24,000 nt of DNA from Gilvimarinus sp. 2_MG-2023 (GTDB lineage: Bacteria > Pseudomonadota > Gammaproteobacteria > Pseudomonadales > Cellvibrionaceae), in NCBI RefSeq assembly GCF_030547685.1, contig NZ_JAUOQM010000021.1, forward strand, positions 11,445 through 35,444, in the 5' to 3' direction. A program made the translations under genes and the position numbers. The notes beneath the pieces are model-generated. The model searched no databases. It was not told the DNA's origin and saw only the letters and a program-made list of their open reading frames with translations. Positions within the stretch are counted from its first letter, which is position 1. The number at the start of each line of letters is the position of its first letter. This document shows, one piece after another, positions 8,345 to 17,140 of the stretch.

Positions 8345-9054
8345 GGCTGGGCCGCTTTGCTAGGCGGCGATGTATAGCCATTGTTACGGATAATCGTCTG
8401 CGCCGGTTCGCTCAGTAAAAACTGCATAAAGGCCTGGGTTGTATCGGAGGTGCTCAGCAACACGCCGGCTTGTGGCAGTGACGGGCTAGCATCGATGGGG
8501 TGCCAGTGCAGTTGAGGGGCAATATGGGCAAAGCTGGCGGCTACCAGCCCACAGGTGACATTGCCAGTTACAACAGTGTGTAGAGCACCGGCGACGGATG
8601 TTGACTGGACAGGCTGAGCTTGGATGGAGAATTGTTGCAACCACATTCGGGCGGCGCGACCATAAGGTGCGGTTTTGGTATTGGCAACGGCTAGACGGGG
8701 GCTGGTTTTAAGTGCCTCGGTGGCCGATGCAAAAGGTCGGTGGCATGCGAGCATCAACTGGCCCTCGGCATAAATAAAAGGCTCGGCAGTATCGAGCTTT
8801 TGAAATATACGCTGAGGGTAATCCATATCGGCAGAAAGAAAGACATCAAAAGGCGCGCCGGAGAGTATCTGCTGGGTAAAGACTCCGGAGGCGCCACCGG
8901 AAATAACCAGCGGATAAGGCGATTGCGACTGCCACAGTGGGCGCAGAGCCTCAAGGGTAGGCTTAAAGTTACTGGCTACCGCCACTTTTATACTGGTTGC
9001 GGCAAACGTGTTGGCGCTGGCCAGGATGAGATAGCTCAATAAAAAAAAGCGCAC
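8341..9054 (-). CDS. modA: Molybdate-binding periplasmic protein ModA
   Basis: ModA-like sequence (IKVAVASNFKPTLEAL..., VISGGASGVFTQQILSGAPFDVFLSAD, AVANTKTAPYGRAA). I start it at GTG 9054 because AAGGAG lies 5 nt upstream and the product then begins with a clean signal peptide, MRFFLLSYLILASANTFA. The ORF-track ATG at 9108 has no SD. Confidence 0.88.
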   Translation of the reverse strand: MRFFLLSYLILASANTFAATSIKVAVASNFKPTLEALRPLWQSQSPYPLVISGGASGVFTQQILSGAPFDVFLSADMDYPQRIFQKLDTAEPFIYAEGQLMLACHRPFASATEALKTSPRLAVANTKTAPYGRAARMWLQQFSIQAQPVQSTSVAGALHTVVTGNVTCGLVAASFAHIAPQLHWHPIDASPSLPQAGVLLSTSDTTQAFMQFLLSEPAQTIIRNNGYTSPPSKAAQP

Positions 9055-9138
9055 AATAGCTCCTTGGTTTGGGCGCGGGGTATTCGCCTGAAACAAGCTT
9101 GCTGTCAATCAGCGAGAACGCTATTGTGCCATAAATAC

Positions 9139-9154
9139 CGCGGCTTAGGCCGCG
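9139..9154 (-). terminator. Hairpin CGCGGC-TTAG-GCCGCG at the end of the nrtD-like gene, followed on the transcript by GUAUUUAU
   Basis: A perfect 6-bp GC stem read directly. The nrtD stop codon (9145-9147) lies in the loop. It separates the nrt and mod transcription units, and a TTGACA hexamer for modA follows (complement of 9104-9109). Confidence 0.5.
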
Positions 9155-9996
9155 TTATGATTGGTGCTTTTGGCCTTTGGCGGGGCGCTGCGCCGCGCGG
9201 TGAGCGGCTCAACCTTTTTTTGTTTTTCATACAAAAAGCGCAGTACCGAGCTGCGGTATTGGTTGTAGTGGGTGTCGTCCGCCAGAGCCAGTCGATCTCG
9301 GGGACGGGGCAAGTCGATATCAAGAATTTCACCAATGGTCGCTTCCGGGCCGTTTGTCATCATGACAATGCGGTCGGATAGCAGTACTGCCTCGTCTACA
9401 TCGTGGGTAATCATAATTACGGTGTTGCCCAGTTCTGCTTGTATATCCATTAGTGAGTCTTGCAGATGGGCGCGGGTTAACGCATCGAGCGCACCAAAAG
9501 GCTCGTCCATTAATAATACCTGAGGTTCCATAGCCAGAGCGCGGGCAATGCCCACACGCTGCTTCATGCCACCGGAGATTTCATCGGGTTTTTTATGCAT
9601 GGCATGGCTCATTTGCACCAACTCTAGGTTGTGTTCAATCCATTCACGCATTTCGGTCCGAGTTTTTTTTCGGCCGAATACGCGTTTAACCGCGAGCTCC
9701 ACATTTTGGTAGGCGGTGAGCCAGGGCAGTAGGGAATGATTTTGAAATACGACCGCTCGCTCAGGGCCGGGTTCATTCACTTCGCGACCGTTAAGTACCA
9801 CGCCGCCGGTAGTGGCTTGATATAACCCGGCAACAATGTTGAGTACAGTGGATTTGCCGCATCCGGAGTGGCCGATAAGCGAGACAAATTCACCTTCGCG
9901 AATTCTCAAGTCAACATTGTTAAGTGCACAAAAAGGCCCTTTGGGGGTGGGAAAGCTAATGCCAACCTGGCTGAGTTCTAAATGCGTATTGCTCAT
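9145..9996 (-). CDS. nrtD: ABC transporter ATP-binding protein, NrtD/CmpD (nitrate/sulfonate/bicarbonate) type
   Basis: Walker A GHSGCGKST, signature ISGGMKQRVGIARAL, Walker B LLMDEPFGALD and H-loop ITHDVDEA. I start it at ATG 9996 with SD GAGGAG upstream. Confidence 0.85.
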   Translation of the reverse strand: MSNTHLELSQVGISFPTPKGPFCALNNVDLRIREGEFVSLIGHSGCGKSTVLNIVAGLYQATTGGVVLNGREVNEPGPERAVVFQNHSLLPWLTAYQNVELAVKRVFGRKKTRTEMREWIEHNLELVQMSHAMHKKPDEISGGMKQRVGIARALAMEPQVLLMDEPFGALDALTRAHLQDSLMDIQAELGNTVIMITHDVDEAVLLSDRIVMMTNGPEATIGEILDIDLPRPRDRLALADDTHYNQYRSSVLRFLYEKQKKVEPLTARRSAPPKAKSTNHNAA

Positions 9997-10024
9997 AATT
10001 TTCTCCTCATCATTCGGTGATCTG

Positions 10025-11011
10025 TTAGCGCACAACGGCTGTTTTGTCCCAATTGACCCAGCTTTGAATAAATAGCAAGGCGCGATCTAGCAGAAATCCG
10101 ATAAAGCCGATCATCAATACCGCCACACAAATGCGGCCCAGTGAGTTGGATGAACCGTTTTGGAACTCGTCCCAAACAAATTTTCCGAGCCCTGGGTTTT
10201 GTGCCAACATTTCCGCGGCAATTAAAACCATCCAGGCGATACCCAGTGATAGGCGAAGGCCGGTAAACATCATAGGAATGGAGGAGGGCAACACGATGGT
10301 TTTGATGTGTGTTAACCACCCCAATCGCAAAACCCGACTAACGTTTTGTAAATCCTGATTAATACTGGCAACACCCACGGCGGTATTGATCATTGTGGGC
10401 CATAAGCAGCACAGGGTGACCGTGACAACCGAGGTAATAAACGATTTGGCCAGCACAGGGTCTTCTGAAACGTAAACCGCACTCACCACCATGGTAACCA
10501 AAGGCAGCCACGCCAATGGCGAAACTGGCTTGAAGATCTGAATGATCGGGTTAAGCGCCCGATAAACCGTATTACTTAAGCCGATAAAGATACCCAGCGG
10601 AATCGCAATCATCGTGGCCAGAAAAAAACCGGTCATTACGGTAATTAAGCTGGTAACAATTTGGTCAAAGAATGTAGGGCGGCGGTTAAAGTCACGCCAA
10701 CGAACCTCAGCACTTGGATTCTGTTCCAACTTTTTGGCATTGCGTTGTTCTTGCCTTTCGTAAAAGGCCGCTTCGCGCTCATTCTCACTGATGTGTTCGG
10801 TGCGTAAGTTTTGCCATTGCTCATGAACCTCGGCAGGTCCTGGGAATTGCCCTAACGATGTATCCACTTGTTTGGCACCGATATGCCAGACGCCGATAAA
10901 CAGCACTAGCCCGATCATGGGCGTTAATACGGCCTTAGCTAAGGCTTGCCACTGCTCCGGGCCAAAGCTCGCTCGTTGCCACTTTTGTTTGATCAATATA
11001 GAGGGGTTCAT
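10025..11011 (-). CDS. nrtB: ABC transporter permease, NrtB/CmpB type
   Basis: Polytopic permease with a long charged periplasmic or cytoplasmic insert after TM1 (EVHEQWQNLRTEHISENEREAAFYERQEQRNAKKLEQ), as seen in NrtB-type permeases. I start it at ATG 11011 with SD GAGGA. Confidence 0.82.
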   Translation of the reverse strand: MNPSILIKQKWQRASFGPEQWQALAKAVLTPMIGLVLFIGVWHIGAKQVDTSLGQFPGPAEVHEQWQNLRTEHISENEREAAFYERQEQRNAKKLEQNPSAEVRWRDFNRRPTFFDQIVTSLITVMTGFFLATMIAIPLGIFIGLSNTVYRALNPIIQIFKPVSPLAWLPLVTMVVSAVYVSEDPVLAKSFITSVVTVTLCCLWPTMINTAVGVASINQDLQNVSRVLRLGWLTHIKTIVLPSSIPMMFTGLRLSLGIAWMVLIAAEMLAQNPGLGKFVWDEFQNGSSNSLGRICVAVLMIGFIGFLLDRALLFIQSWVNWDKTAVVR

Positions 11012-11034
11012 GCTTATTTCCTCGTAGATAAAAC

Positions 11035-11053
11035 GGCGCCACAGGGTGGCGCC
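11035..11053 (-). terminator. Intercistronic hairpin GGCGCC-N7-GGCGCC followed by GUUUUAU, between nrtA and nrtB (candidate partial terminator or stabiliser)
   Basis: Read directly. It lies in the 76-nt nrtA-nrtB spacer, just upstream of the nrtB SD. Confidence 0.45.
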
Positions 11054-11087
11054 ATGCTCAAAGCGTAAATTGAGCGTCAATAAAAAA

Positions 11088-12494
11088 TTAAAGAGAGTCG
11101 GTCGCTTTTAAACCGATGTCGAGCGCTTCCAGGTACTCGGTGGGTTTGCTGCCGTCGTAGGTAATGCCGTCGATAAAGTCTGGCTGTGGACCTTTAAAAC
11201 CGGTCTCGCTCGCAAAGTCCGGGAATTGCTCCGCACTGATTTCGCCCTCTTTAATGAGCGACTGAGCGGCTTGTTGATAAAGGTCAGGGCGATAGACTTT
11301 TTGGGCGGTGTCGAAGTACCAGTTGTCGTCTTTATGCTCGGCAATTTGACCCCAGCGACGCATTTGGGTGAGATACCAAATCGCATCAGAGTAATAAGGG
11401 TAGGTGGCGTTGTAGCGGAAGAATACATTGAAATCGGGCACGGAGCGTTTATCGCCTTTTTCGTATTCAAAAGTACCGGTCATAGAATTGGCAATTACTT
11501 CCGCATCTGCCCCGACATAGTAAGGTTTAGACAGAATTTTTACCGCCTCTGGACGGTTGGCGTTGTTGTTCTCATCCAGCCACTTGGCCGCACGGATTAA
11601 CGCTTTGGTCAGCCTGATTGTGGTGTTGGGGTATTTCTCGGCAAAGTCAGCGGTAATGCCAAATACTTTTTCCGGATTGTTTTTCCAGATCTCATAGTCG
11701 GTGATAACCGGAACGCCAATACCTTTAAAAACAGCTTGCTGGTTCCACGGCTCGCCCACGCAATAGCCGTAAATAGTTCCGGCTTCCATGGTGGAAGGCA
11801 TCTGTGGTGGAGGTGTCACACTGAGCAAGGCATCCGCTTGTAATTGACCAGAAGTATCCCCTTTGTGTGGGGCGTAAAACCCAGGATGAATACCGCCGGC
11901 CGCTAACCAGTAGCGCAATTCATAATTGTGAGTGGATACGGGAAAAACCATTCCCAAATTAAACGACTTGCCCTCCTGTTGGTATTTTTCTACCACCGGC
12001 TTTAGCGCATCGGCCTTAATTGGGTGGACGGGTTTGCCGTCAGCTTGTTTGGGGATATGTGGTTTCATCTGCTCCCATATGGTATTGGAAACGGTTATGC
12101 CGTTGCCGTTTAAATCCATTGAGAAGGGGGTAATGATATGAGCTTTGGTGCCATAGCCAATGGTTGCCGCTAAGGGTTGTCCCGCCAGCATATGGGCGCC
12201 GTCAAGCTCGCCAGTGATGACTCGATCCAACAACACTTTCCAGTTTGCTTGCGCTTCCAGTTCAACAAAAAGCCCTTCGTCCTCAAAGTATCCGTTCTCT
12301 AACGCGATTGCTAATGGCGCCATATCGGTCAGTTTAATAAAGCCGAACTTAAGGTCTTCCTTTTCTGGCTCTCCCAGTGCCATGGCATGCACAGAGGCAG
12401 ATAAAACTGCGACGCTAAGAATGATGTTTTTCAAAGGTGTAAGCCAGTGCCCTATGCTTTTTAAATATGTCTTTTTTACCAGTCGATTTTCCAT
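11088..12494 (-). CDS. nrtA: NrtA/CmpA family periplasmic substrate-binding protein (nitrate/nitrite-type; exact ligand not determinable)
   Basis: [62 protein letters not shown] matches the NrtA/CmpA N-lobe signature. About 468 aa with a signal peptide. I start it at ATG 12494 with SD AGGAG 7 nt upstream. Confidence 0.85.
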   Translation of the reverse strand: MENRLVKKTYLKSIGHWLTPLKNIILSVAVLSASVHAMALGEPEKEDLKFGFIKLTDMAPLAIALENGYFEDEGLFVELEAQANWKVLLDRVITGELDGAHMLAGQPLAATIGYGTKAHIITPFSMDLNGNGITVSNTIWEQMKPHIPKQADGKPVHPIKADALKPVVEKYQQEGKSFNLGMVFPVSTHNYELRYWLAAGGIHPGFYAPHKGDTSGQLQADALLSVTPPPQMPSTMEAGTIYGYCVGEPWNQQAVFKGIGVPVITDYEIWKNNPEKVFGITADFAEKYPNTTIRLTKALIRAAKWLDENNNANRPEAVKILSKPYYVGADAEVIANSMTGTFEYEKGDKRSVPDFNVFFRYNATYPYYSDAIWYLTQMRRWGQIAEHKDDNWYFDTAQKVYRPDLYQQAAQSLIKEGEISAEQFPDFASETGFKGPQPDFIDGITYDGSKPTEYLEALDIGLKATDSL

Positions 12495-12658
12495 CGTTAA
12501 TCTCCTAATTCCCAAGGGTGTTTAATTTAATTCGTTACTAGCACGGCAACGGTAGCGCTTAATGCTCCGTTACTTTTTAAGTTGTTTGTATCGGCCTCGC
12601 GCTAAAGAATTTGTCGTTTATTTTGAAAAACGTTTCATCAAAGTTCAGGTCGATAGTT

Positions 12659-12673
12659 TCAAAGGCCGTGCCA
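12659..12673 (-). promoter_or_regulatory. Sigma-54-like promoter upstream of nrtA (TTGGCACGGCCTTTGAA)
   Basis: On the minus strand TGGCACG-N4-TTGA matches the -24 element fully, but the -12 element reads GA instead of GC. It would give a leader of about 150 nt. Confidence 0.4.
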
Positions 12674-12816
12674 AAACTGGAATTGCCCAAAACCGTGCAG
12701 TGTTGACGTTTAATGACATAGGGTTTAGGGCGTAATACACTCTTATGCACACTTGTGGCTCATAGAAAAAATTGCGATGCATAAAAAAGTATCCTTGTTG
12801 TGCATTTTTTTGTGGT

Positions 12817-12870
12817 GGTTTTGGTGGTGTGTTGGTGCAATTGGTGTGCACGGGGGTGCATTACGGTGCG
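12817..12870. repeat. Helically phased short direct repeats (TTGGTG x3; GTGCA/GTGCG x4 at 10-11 bp spacing), a candidate upstream activator-binding array
   Basis: Read directly: ttggtg at 12821, 12832 and 12841. gtgca at 12835, 12846 and 12856, and gtgcg at 12866. GGTGCA/TGCACC is the NtrC half-site. The array lies about 160-200 bp upstream of the sigma-54-like element. Confidence 0.45.
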
Positions 12871-12940
12871 CAAAGTGAGGGGTTTCCAAAGCAATTTGCC
12901 GTCAACGGCTATACTTCAAAGAAGTCATGGAGGTTGGGCA

Positions 12941-14080
12941 ATGAAGGAAAAACAACTGCAGCGCTTAGTTAGTTTGACGGGAAGGCTCTTGATTGGTCCG
13001 CTGATAGCCTTGGCTATTGCCGGATGCACCAGTGCGGGGTCACGGATTTCTGCCAACCTGGCCCCGGCGCCGCAACCGCTTATTGATACGGCCCTTTCTG
13101 GGCAAGCCTTAGGCGTTGATGTGCAAGCGGTTTCTGTTGAGGCTGAGGAGCCCTTATTAGAGCTCACGCCGGCGATGCAGCGTTTTGCGGAGCGAAGTGT
13201 GGCCGGAAGTAGGTTTCAAGACCAAAAAGTGGAGGCTCTGCATAAGGCGCTGCTGCTGCCGGAATCTGCCGGTGGCATGGGTATTCGTTATCAAAGTTCC
13301 GCGACCCATAGCCCTAGGGACTCTTTTCGCCTGCGCGAAGCCAACTGTTTGAGCTTTTCGCTTCTGTTTGCTAGCTTGGCCCGACATGTCGGTTTAGATG
13401 CGAAGATAAATGATGTCACCATTCCACCAGCCTGGAATCTGTCGAATGACAGGGTTCAACTGATACGCCATGTAAACACTCGTGTGGACCTGAAGTTTAA
13501 TCGTGACGACATGATTGTCGATCTGGATATGGAGAGCTATCGCAGCTACTACCCTCAAAGAACGATTGACGACAATATCGCGGTCGCTCAGTTTTACAAT
13601 AATCGGGCGATGGTATTGCCAGCGCGCCGCGAAACCTTGGCAAAGCGTTTTGTCTATTTGAGACGAGCATTAACGCTCGCACCTAAACAAAGCTATCTGT
13701 GGAATAATTTGGCGGCTTTGTACTCGAGTGAAGGACATACTGAACTGGCCGAAGCGCTCTACCTAAGAGCTTTGGAGCTCAATGCCGAGGATCTTACCGC
13801 CATCATGAACTTAAGCCAGCTTTATTTGTATGCAGGGCAACTCTCACAGCACCGCCACTTGTCGGATCTTGCCAATCTGTATCGGGATAGAAACCCTTAT
13901 TATCAGTACCTAATTGCCTCCGAGCTGTTTGAGGATGAGTCCTATGAACAGGCGGCGCTTAAAATTGAAGCTGCGATTCGGAGTCAGCCCAATGAAAAGC
14001 GTTTTTACCGATTGGCCGCGGATATTTACCAAAACCTGGGAGATGAAGACAAACACCGCCAGGCGATTAGTCAGTTGTAG
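12941..14080 (+). CDS. Lipoprotein with a transglutaminase-like core and C-terminal TPR repeats
   Basis: I start it at ATG 12941 (SD GGAGG 8 nt upstream), giving MKEKQLQRLVSLTGRLLIGPLIALAIAGC with a lipobox. Candidate Cys/His/Asp triad context (REANCLSFSLLFASLARHVGL ... LIRHVNTRVDL). TPR-like repeats run from AQFYNNRAMVL to ADIYQNLGDEDK. The 47-codon N-terminal extension in the ORF track is rejected. Confidence 0.6.
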   Translation: MKEKQLQRLVSLTGRLLIGPLIALAIAGCTSAGSRISANLAPAPQPLIDTALSGQALGVDVQAVSVEAEEPLLELTPAMQRFAERSVAGSRFQDQKVEALHKALLLPESAGGMGIRYQSSATHSPRDSFRLREANCLSFSLLFASLARHVGLDAKINDVTIPPAWNLSNDRVQLIRHVNTRVDLKFNRDDMIVDLDMESYRSYYPQRTIDDNIAVAQFYNNRAMVLPARRETLAKRFVYLRRALTLAPKQSYLWNNLAALYSSEGHTELAEALYLRALELNAEDLTAIMNLSQLYLYAGQLSQHRHLSDLANLYRDRNPYYQYLIASELFEDESYEQAALKIEAAIRSQPNEKRFYRLAADIYQNLGDEDKHRQAISQL

Positions 14081-14331
14081 CCAATATTTTGCTTAATAGG
14101 TCACCCCCCGTGTAACAGAGCAAAGAATGGTTCAGGCATTGTTTGAGCGGGAAGTGCCGTTTGGTCATGACCGAGGAGCAAACGCAACGACAGCATCTAA
14201 ACATGCGGAGGCGTTAATAAAGGTACTTGTGAATAATATGGTGGCGCGGCGCAAAGGCTCGGATCATCCCCCGCTCTGGATGGCTTTGTGCTGTCATCCT
14301 GCGCAGACCAATTAATGCTAAAGTAGTGTTC

Positions 14332-15309
14332 ATGACGACCCCACCGATCACAACCTCTTCTCGCACTATTGAGCAGCCCAGTCAGGAGGCTCTCATTGCC
14401 GCTATTCATGCCGGCGTGGCGAAGTATTTTGCCGAGTGCCGGGCACGCGTGCCCAGTTTTGTAAGTCGACACTTTTGCTATCCTGGCGCCTGGCGTACCA
14501 ATCGTCATGGTTTGGGGTGGGATATGCTGCGCTCGCCTCTCAATCTTTTGTGGGTGCCATTTTACTTGGCGGCGCACTTGCTTGCCTGGGGCCTAGATAA
14601 ACTCAGTTTACGACAACCGGCAAGGTTATTGCGTCACTGTCCTGTGGGGCTGCGTACCCGGATTCAGCAGTACCTTATGGCCTGTGCCGAGCGCGACCTG
14701 CTATTGCGCGACCGCGACGATGGCGAATCTGGCAGTAGTCGGCTGCGCGAGTGCATTGTTGAAGCGATAGTTGAGGCTGAGCACTTGGACTCGCTGCCGG
14801 ATGAACAAGAAGCTTTGTTGGAAAAAAGCCTGAATGATGCATTGGCGCAATACGCTTTAACCCGTACCGCCAATGCGGATATTAGCAATACAATTATTGC
14901 CACCATCGCAGGTGCATTTACCTTGCAAAAATTCACTCCGGGCGGTATTGCCATCGGCTTTGCACTGGCCGGTTTTTTGGCCAACCGCCTGGCGGCTTGG
15001 AACTTCTTTCTAGGTCAGGGCGTGGGGCAGTGGTACTACGCCCTGTTTCCGGTTACGCCGGGTATCGAATTGGTTGTGCTGTCTACTTTGGGTGTAATGT
15101 TGGTGTTTGCGGTCTTGGCCTGCTTTTCCGGGCTGTTATCCGATCCGGTACAGGCGCTATTGGGCATTCATCAGCGCCGGCTCTATCGAATGCTCGATGC
15201 TTTGGAACGCGATATTAAAGCCAGTACCAGCGGCAGCTTCCGCCCCAAAGATGCCTATCTGGCTCGTCTAATGGATATTATTGATGCCGCGCGACAGGGG
15301 GTGGGCTAG
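14332..15309 (+). CDS. Hypothetical integral membrane protein (no family recognised)
   Basis: A long ORF on the same strand as its flanking genes. Hydrophobic segments LLWVPFYLAAHLLAWGL, IIATIAGAFTL, IAIGFALAGFLANRLAAW and LVVLSTLGVMLVFAVLACFSGLL are separated by an acidic soluble region. The start is ATG 14332 or GTG 14326. Confidence 0.6.
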   Translation: MTTPPITTSSRTIEQPSQEALIAAIHAGVAKYFAECRARVPSFVSRHFCYPGAWRTNRHGLGWDMLRSPLNLLWVPFYLAAHLLAWGLDKLSLRQPARLLRHCPVGLRTRIQQYLMACAERDLLLRDRDDGESGSSRLRECIVEAIVEAEHLDSLPDEQEALLEKSLNDALAQYALTRTANADISNTIIATIAGAFTLQKFTPGGIAIGFALAGFLANRLAAWNFFLGQGVGQWYYALFPVTPGIELVVLSTLGVMLVFAVLACFSGLLSDPVQALLGIHQRRLYRMLDALERDIKASTSGSFRPKDAYLARLMDIIDAARQGVG

Positions 15310-15372
15310 AGTGATCTTAACGACGGTGATTTCGTACTCTTGTTATGACTGTACTCTAAGTAGGAGAGTTAT

Positions 15373-15858
15373 ATGGTTTTACTAAAGGCTAAGGGGTTAA
15401 GTTTGCTCGTTTGGCTGGTTGTGTGTTTTGCCGCGGCTTTTATTGGCGGCTTAGCGTCAGTGAATGCAGGTGCGTTCTATGGCGAGTTGCGCCAGCCGGC
15501 TTGGGCGCCGCCGGGGTATGTGTTTGGGCCGGTGTGGACCTTACTTTACGCGCTGATGGCGGTTGCCATCTGGCGTGTGTGGGTGCGCGCCCCCGCACTG
15601 CGCCAACCTGCAGTATGGCTATTTTTGTTGCAGTTGTCCGTTAATGCGCTGTGGAGCTGGCTGTTTTTTGCCTGGCAGTTGGGGGCGGCCGCCTTGTTGG
15701 ATATTGTTGTGCTATTGAGTTTGCTTGTTGCTACGGTGTGGCAGTTTAGGCGGTTCGATAAAACTGCTGCCTGGTTGTTGGCGCCGTATGTTGGATGGGT
15801 GAGTTTTGCCGGGGTTTTAAACTACACCGTGTGGCGGCTTAACCCCGGCTTGCTCTAG
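15373..15858 (+). CDS. tspO: TspO/MBR family tryptophan-rich sensory protein
   Basis: 161 aa with 5 TM segments. Hallmark motifs LRQPAWAPPGYVFGPVWTLLYALMAVA, NALWSWLFF and LAPYVGWVSFAGVLNYTVWRLN. SD AGGAGAG upstream. Confidence 0.92.
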   Translation: MVLLKAKGLSLLVWLVVCFAAAFIGGLASVNAGAFYGELRQPAWAPPGYVFGPVWTLLYALMAVAIWRVWVRAPALRQPAVWLFLLQLSVNALWSWLFFAWQLGAAALLDIVVLLSLLVATVWQFRRFDKTAAWLLAPYVGWVSFAGVLNYTVWRLNPGLL

Positions 15859-15899
15859 TCTTTGGTTAGCAAACTATTTAGTTAATAAGGCTATAGAGG

Positions 15900-17057
15900 C
15901 TATGGTTGGTCTGTTTCATTGGCAGAACCTTCTGCCTGAGTGTTGGCCTCTAGGGTTCCCTCTGTTTCTGGTCTATCGTTTTCTATTAGGAGTGTATCCC
16001 AATCCTCATCCACATTAATTTCGCGCATAAATATGCCCCAAAAAGCGATAAATAAAGCAGCGATTAAGGGACCAATCACAAAACCATTAATGCCAAACAG
16101 CGCCATACCGCCCAGGGTTGAAAGCAGTACGATGTAATCGGGCAGTTTGGTGTCGCGGCCGACTAAGATGGGGCGCAGTAAGTTGTCGACCAACCCGATG
16201 ACACCGGCGCCGAAGCCCACCAAAATAATCCCTTGTATGTAACTTCCTGTGGCTAAAAGGTAAATTGCCACCGGCCCCCAAATAATGGCGGCCCCTATGG
16301 CGGGTAACAAAGAGGCAAATGCCATGACAACTGCCCACAGTAGGGCGGCGGGAATGCCGAGTATCCAGAAAATAACCCCTCCTAGAGCGCCCTGAGTCAT
16401 GGCGACCACAAGGTTACCTTTGACGGTGGCGCGGGTGACTTCGGCAAATTTGGCGAATAATAGGCGTTCGCGGGTGTCGCCCATGGGAAGGGCGCGCACC
16501 ATTAATTCTTTGATGTTGTTGCCATCGCGTAAGAAAAAGAAGGTGAGGTAGAGCATTAAGCAGAAATCCAGTACAAATTTGAACGCGTTTGAGCCGATAT
16601 CAAAGGTGTATTGGGCGATAAATTTGCCGCTGTTCATGGCTAGGTCGACGGACTGGTTTTTTAAATCAGAAAAATTAACGCCAAAACGTTCGAACGTCTG
16701 CTGGATCGCTGGGTAAGCATTTTGAAATTGTTCGATACGCCCGGCTAGGTCAAATTCACCCGATTCTATTTTTTGATACAAGTCCGCCGCTTGTGTGACT
16801 ACGGAGCTGATTAAAAATATCACCGGAATAATCACAATCACTAAACACATGGTCAAGGTAATGAGTGCTTGGCTATTGGGGCGGTGATTAAGCCCTTTCA
16901 ATAGACGCGTCTGGATGGGGTGGAAAATAATCGCCAGAGCGCAGGCCCAAAAAATGGGGCCAAAAAAAGGCTGCAATATCCAGAGAAAGGCGGCCGATAC
17001 AATCAGCAGTAGCGCGAGAAACGACTTAATTTCCAGATTCTTTTTAAGTTCTGACAT
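15900..17057 (-). CDS. AI-2E family transporter (PerM/UPF0118)
   Basis: Polytopic, with the typical AI-2E C-terminal core (VKGNLVVAMTQGALGGVIFWILGIPAALLWAVVMAFASLLPAIGAAIIWGPVAIYL...LLRPILVG). I start it at ATG 17057. The ORF-track start at 17126 adds a non-hydrophobic extension. Confidence 0.85.
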   Translation of the reverse strand: MSELKKNLEIKSFLALLLIVSAAFLWILQPFFGPIFWACALAIIFHPIQTRLLKGLNHRPNSQALITLTMCLVIVIIPVIFLISSVVTQAADLYQKIESGEFDLAGRIEQFQNAYPAIQQTFERFGVNFSDLKNQSVDLAMNSGKFIAQYTFDIGSNAFKFVLDFCLMLYLTFFFLRDGNNIKELMVRALPMGDTRERLLFAKFAEVTRATVKGNLVVAMTQGALGGVIFWILGIPAALLWAVVMAFASLLPAIGAAIIWGPVAIYLLATGSYIQGIILVGFGAGVIGLVDNLLRPILVGRDTKLPDYIVLLSTLGGMALFGINGFVIGPLIAALFIAFWGIFMREINVDEDWDTLLIENDRPETEGTLEANTQAEGSANETDQP

Positions 17058-17140
17058 ATCCTTACCCAGTGTCGATAAAAGGGCATCATAAGGCAGTGGC
17101 GGGGCGAAGGCCACCCCGACCAGCAAGGCAGCATTGCCCG

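Noticed and set aside
9055-9138. Possible molybdenum-cofactor (Moco) riboswitch or ModE operator upstream of modA
   Set aside because: Only about 85 nt separate the upstream hairpin from the modA start, which is too short for the ~130-nt Moco motif. I see only a 4-bp AGCG/CGCT dyad, not the ModE consensus.
12495-12650. ANTAR (NasT/NasR) dual-hairpin antiterminator target in the nrtA leader
   Set aside because: I found only one modest hairpin (12548-12571) and no downstream intrinsic terminator, so I cannot support the call from sequence alone.
12800-12940. N-terminal 47-codon extension of the lipoprotein ORF (MHFFVVVLVVCWCNWCARGC...)
   Set aside because: It is simply the translation of the GGTG/GTGCA repeat array. 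A strong SD (GGAGG) and a textbook lipoprotein signal peptide begin at ATG 12941.
14127-14315. 62-aa ORF in the gap between the TPR lipoprotein gene and the unknown membrane protein gene
   Set aside because: No SD, no recognisable features, and an Ala/Arg-rich composition. I treated it as intergenic, though a small protein cannot be excluded.
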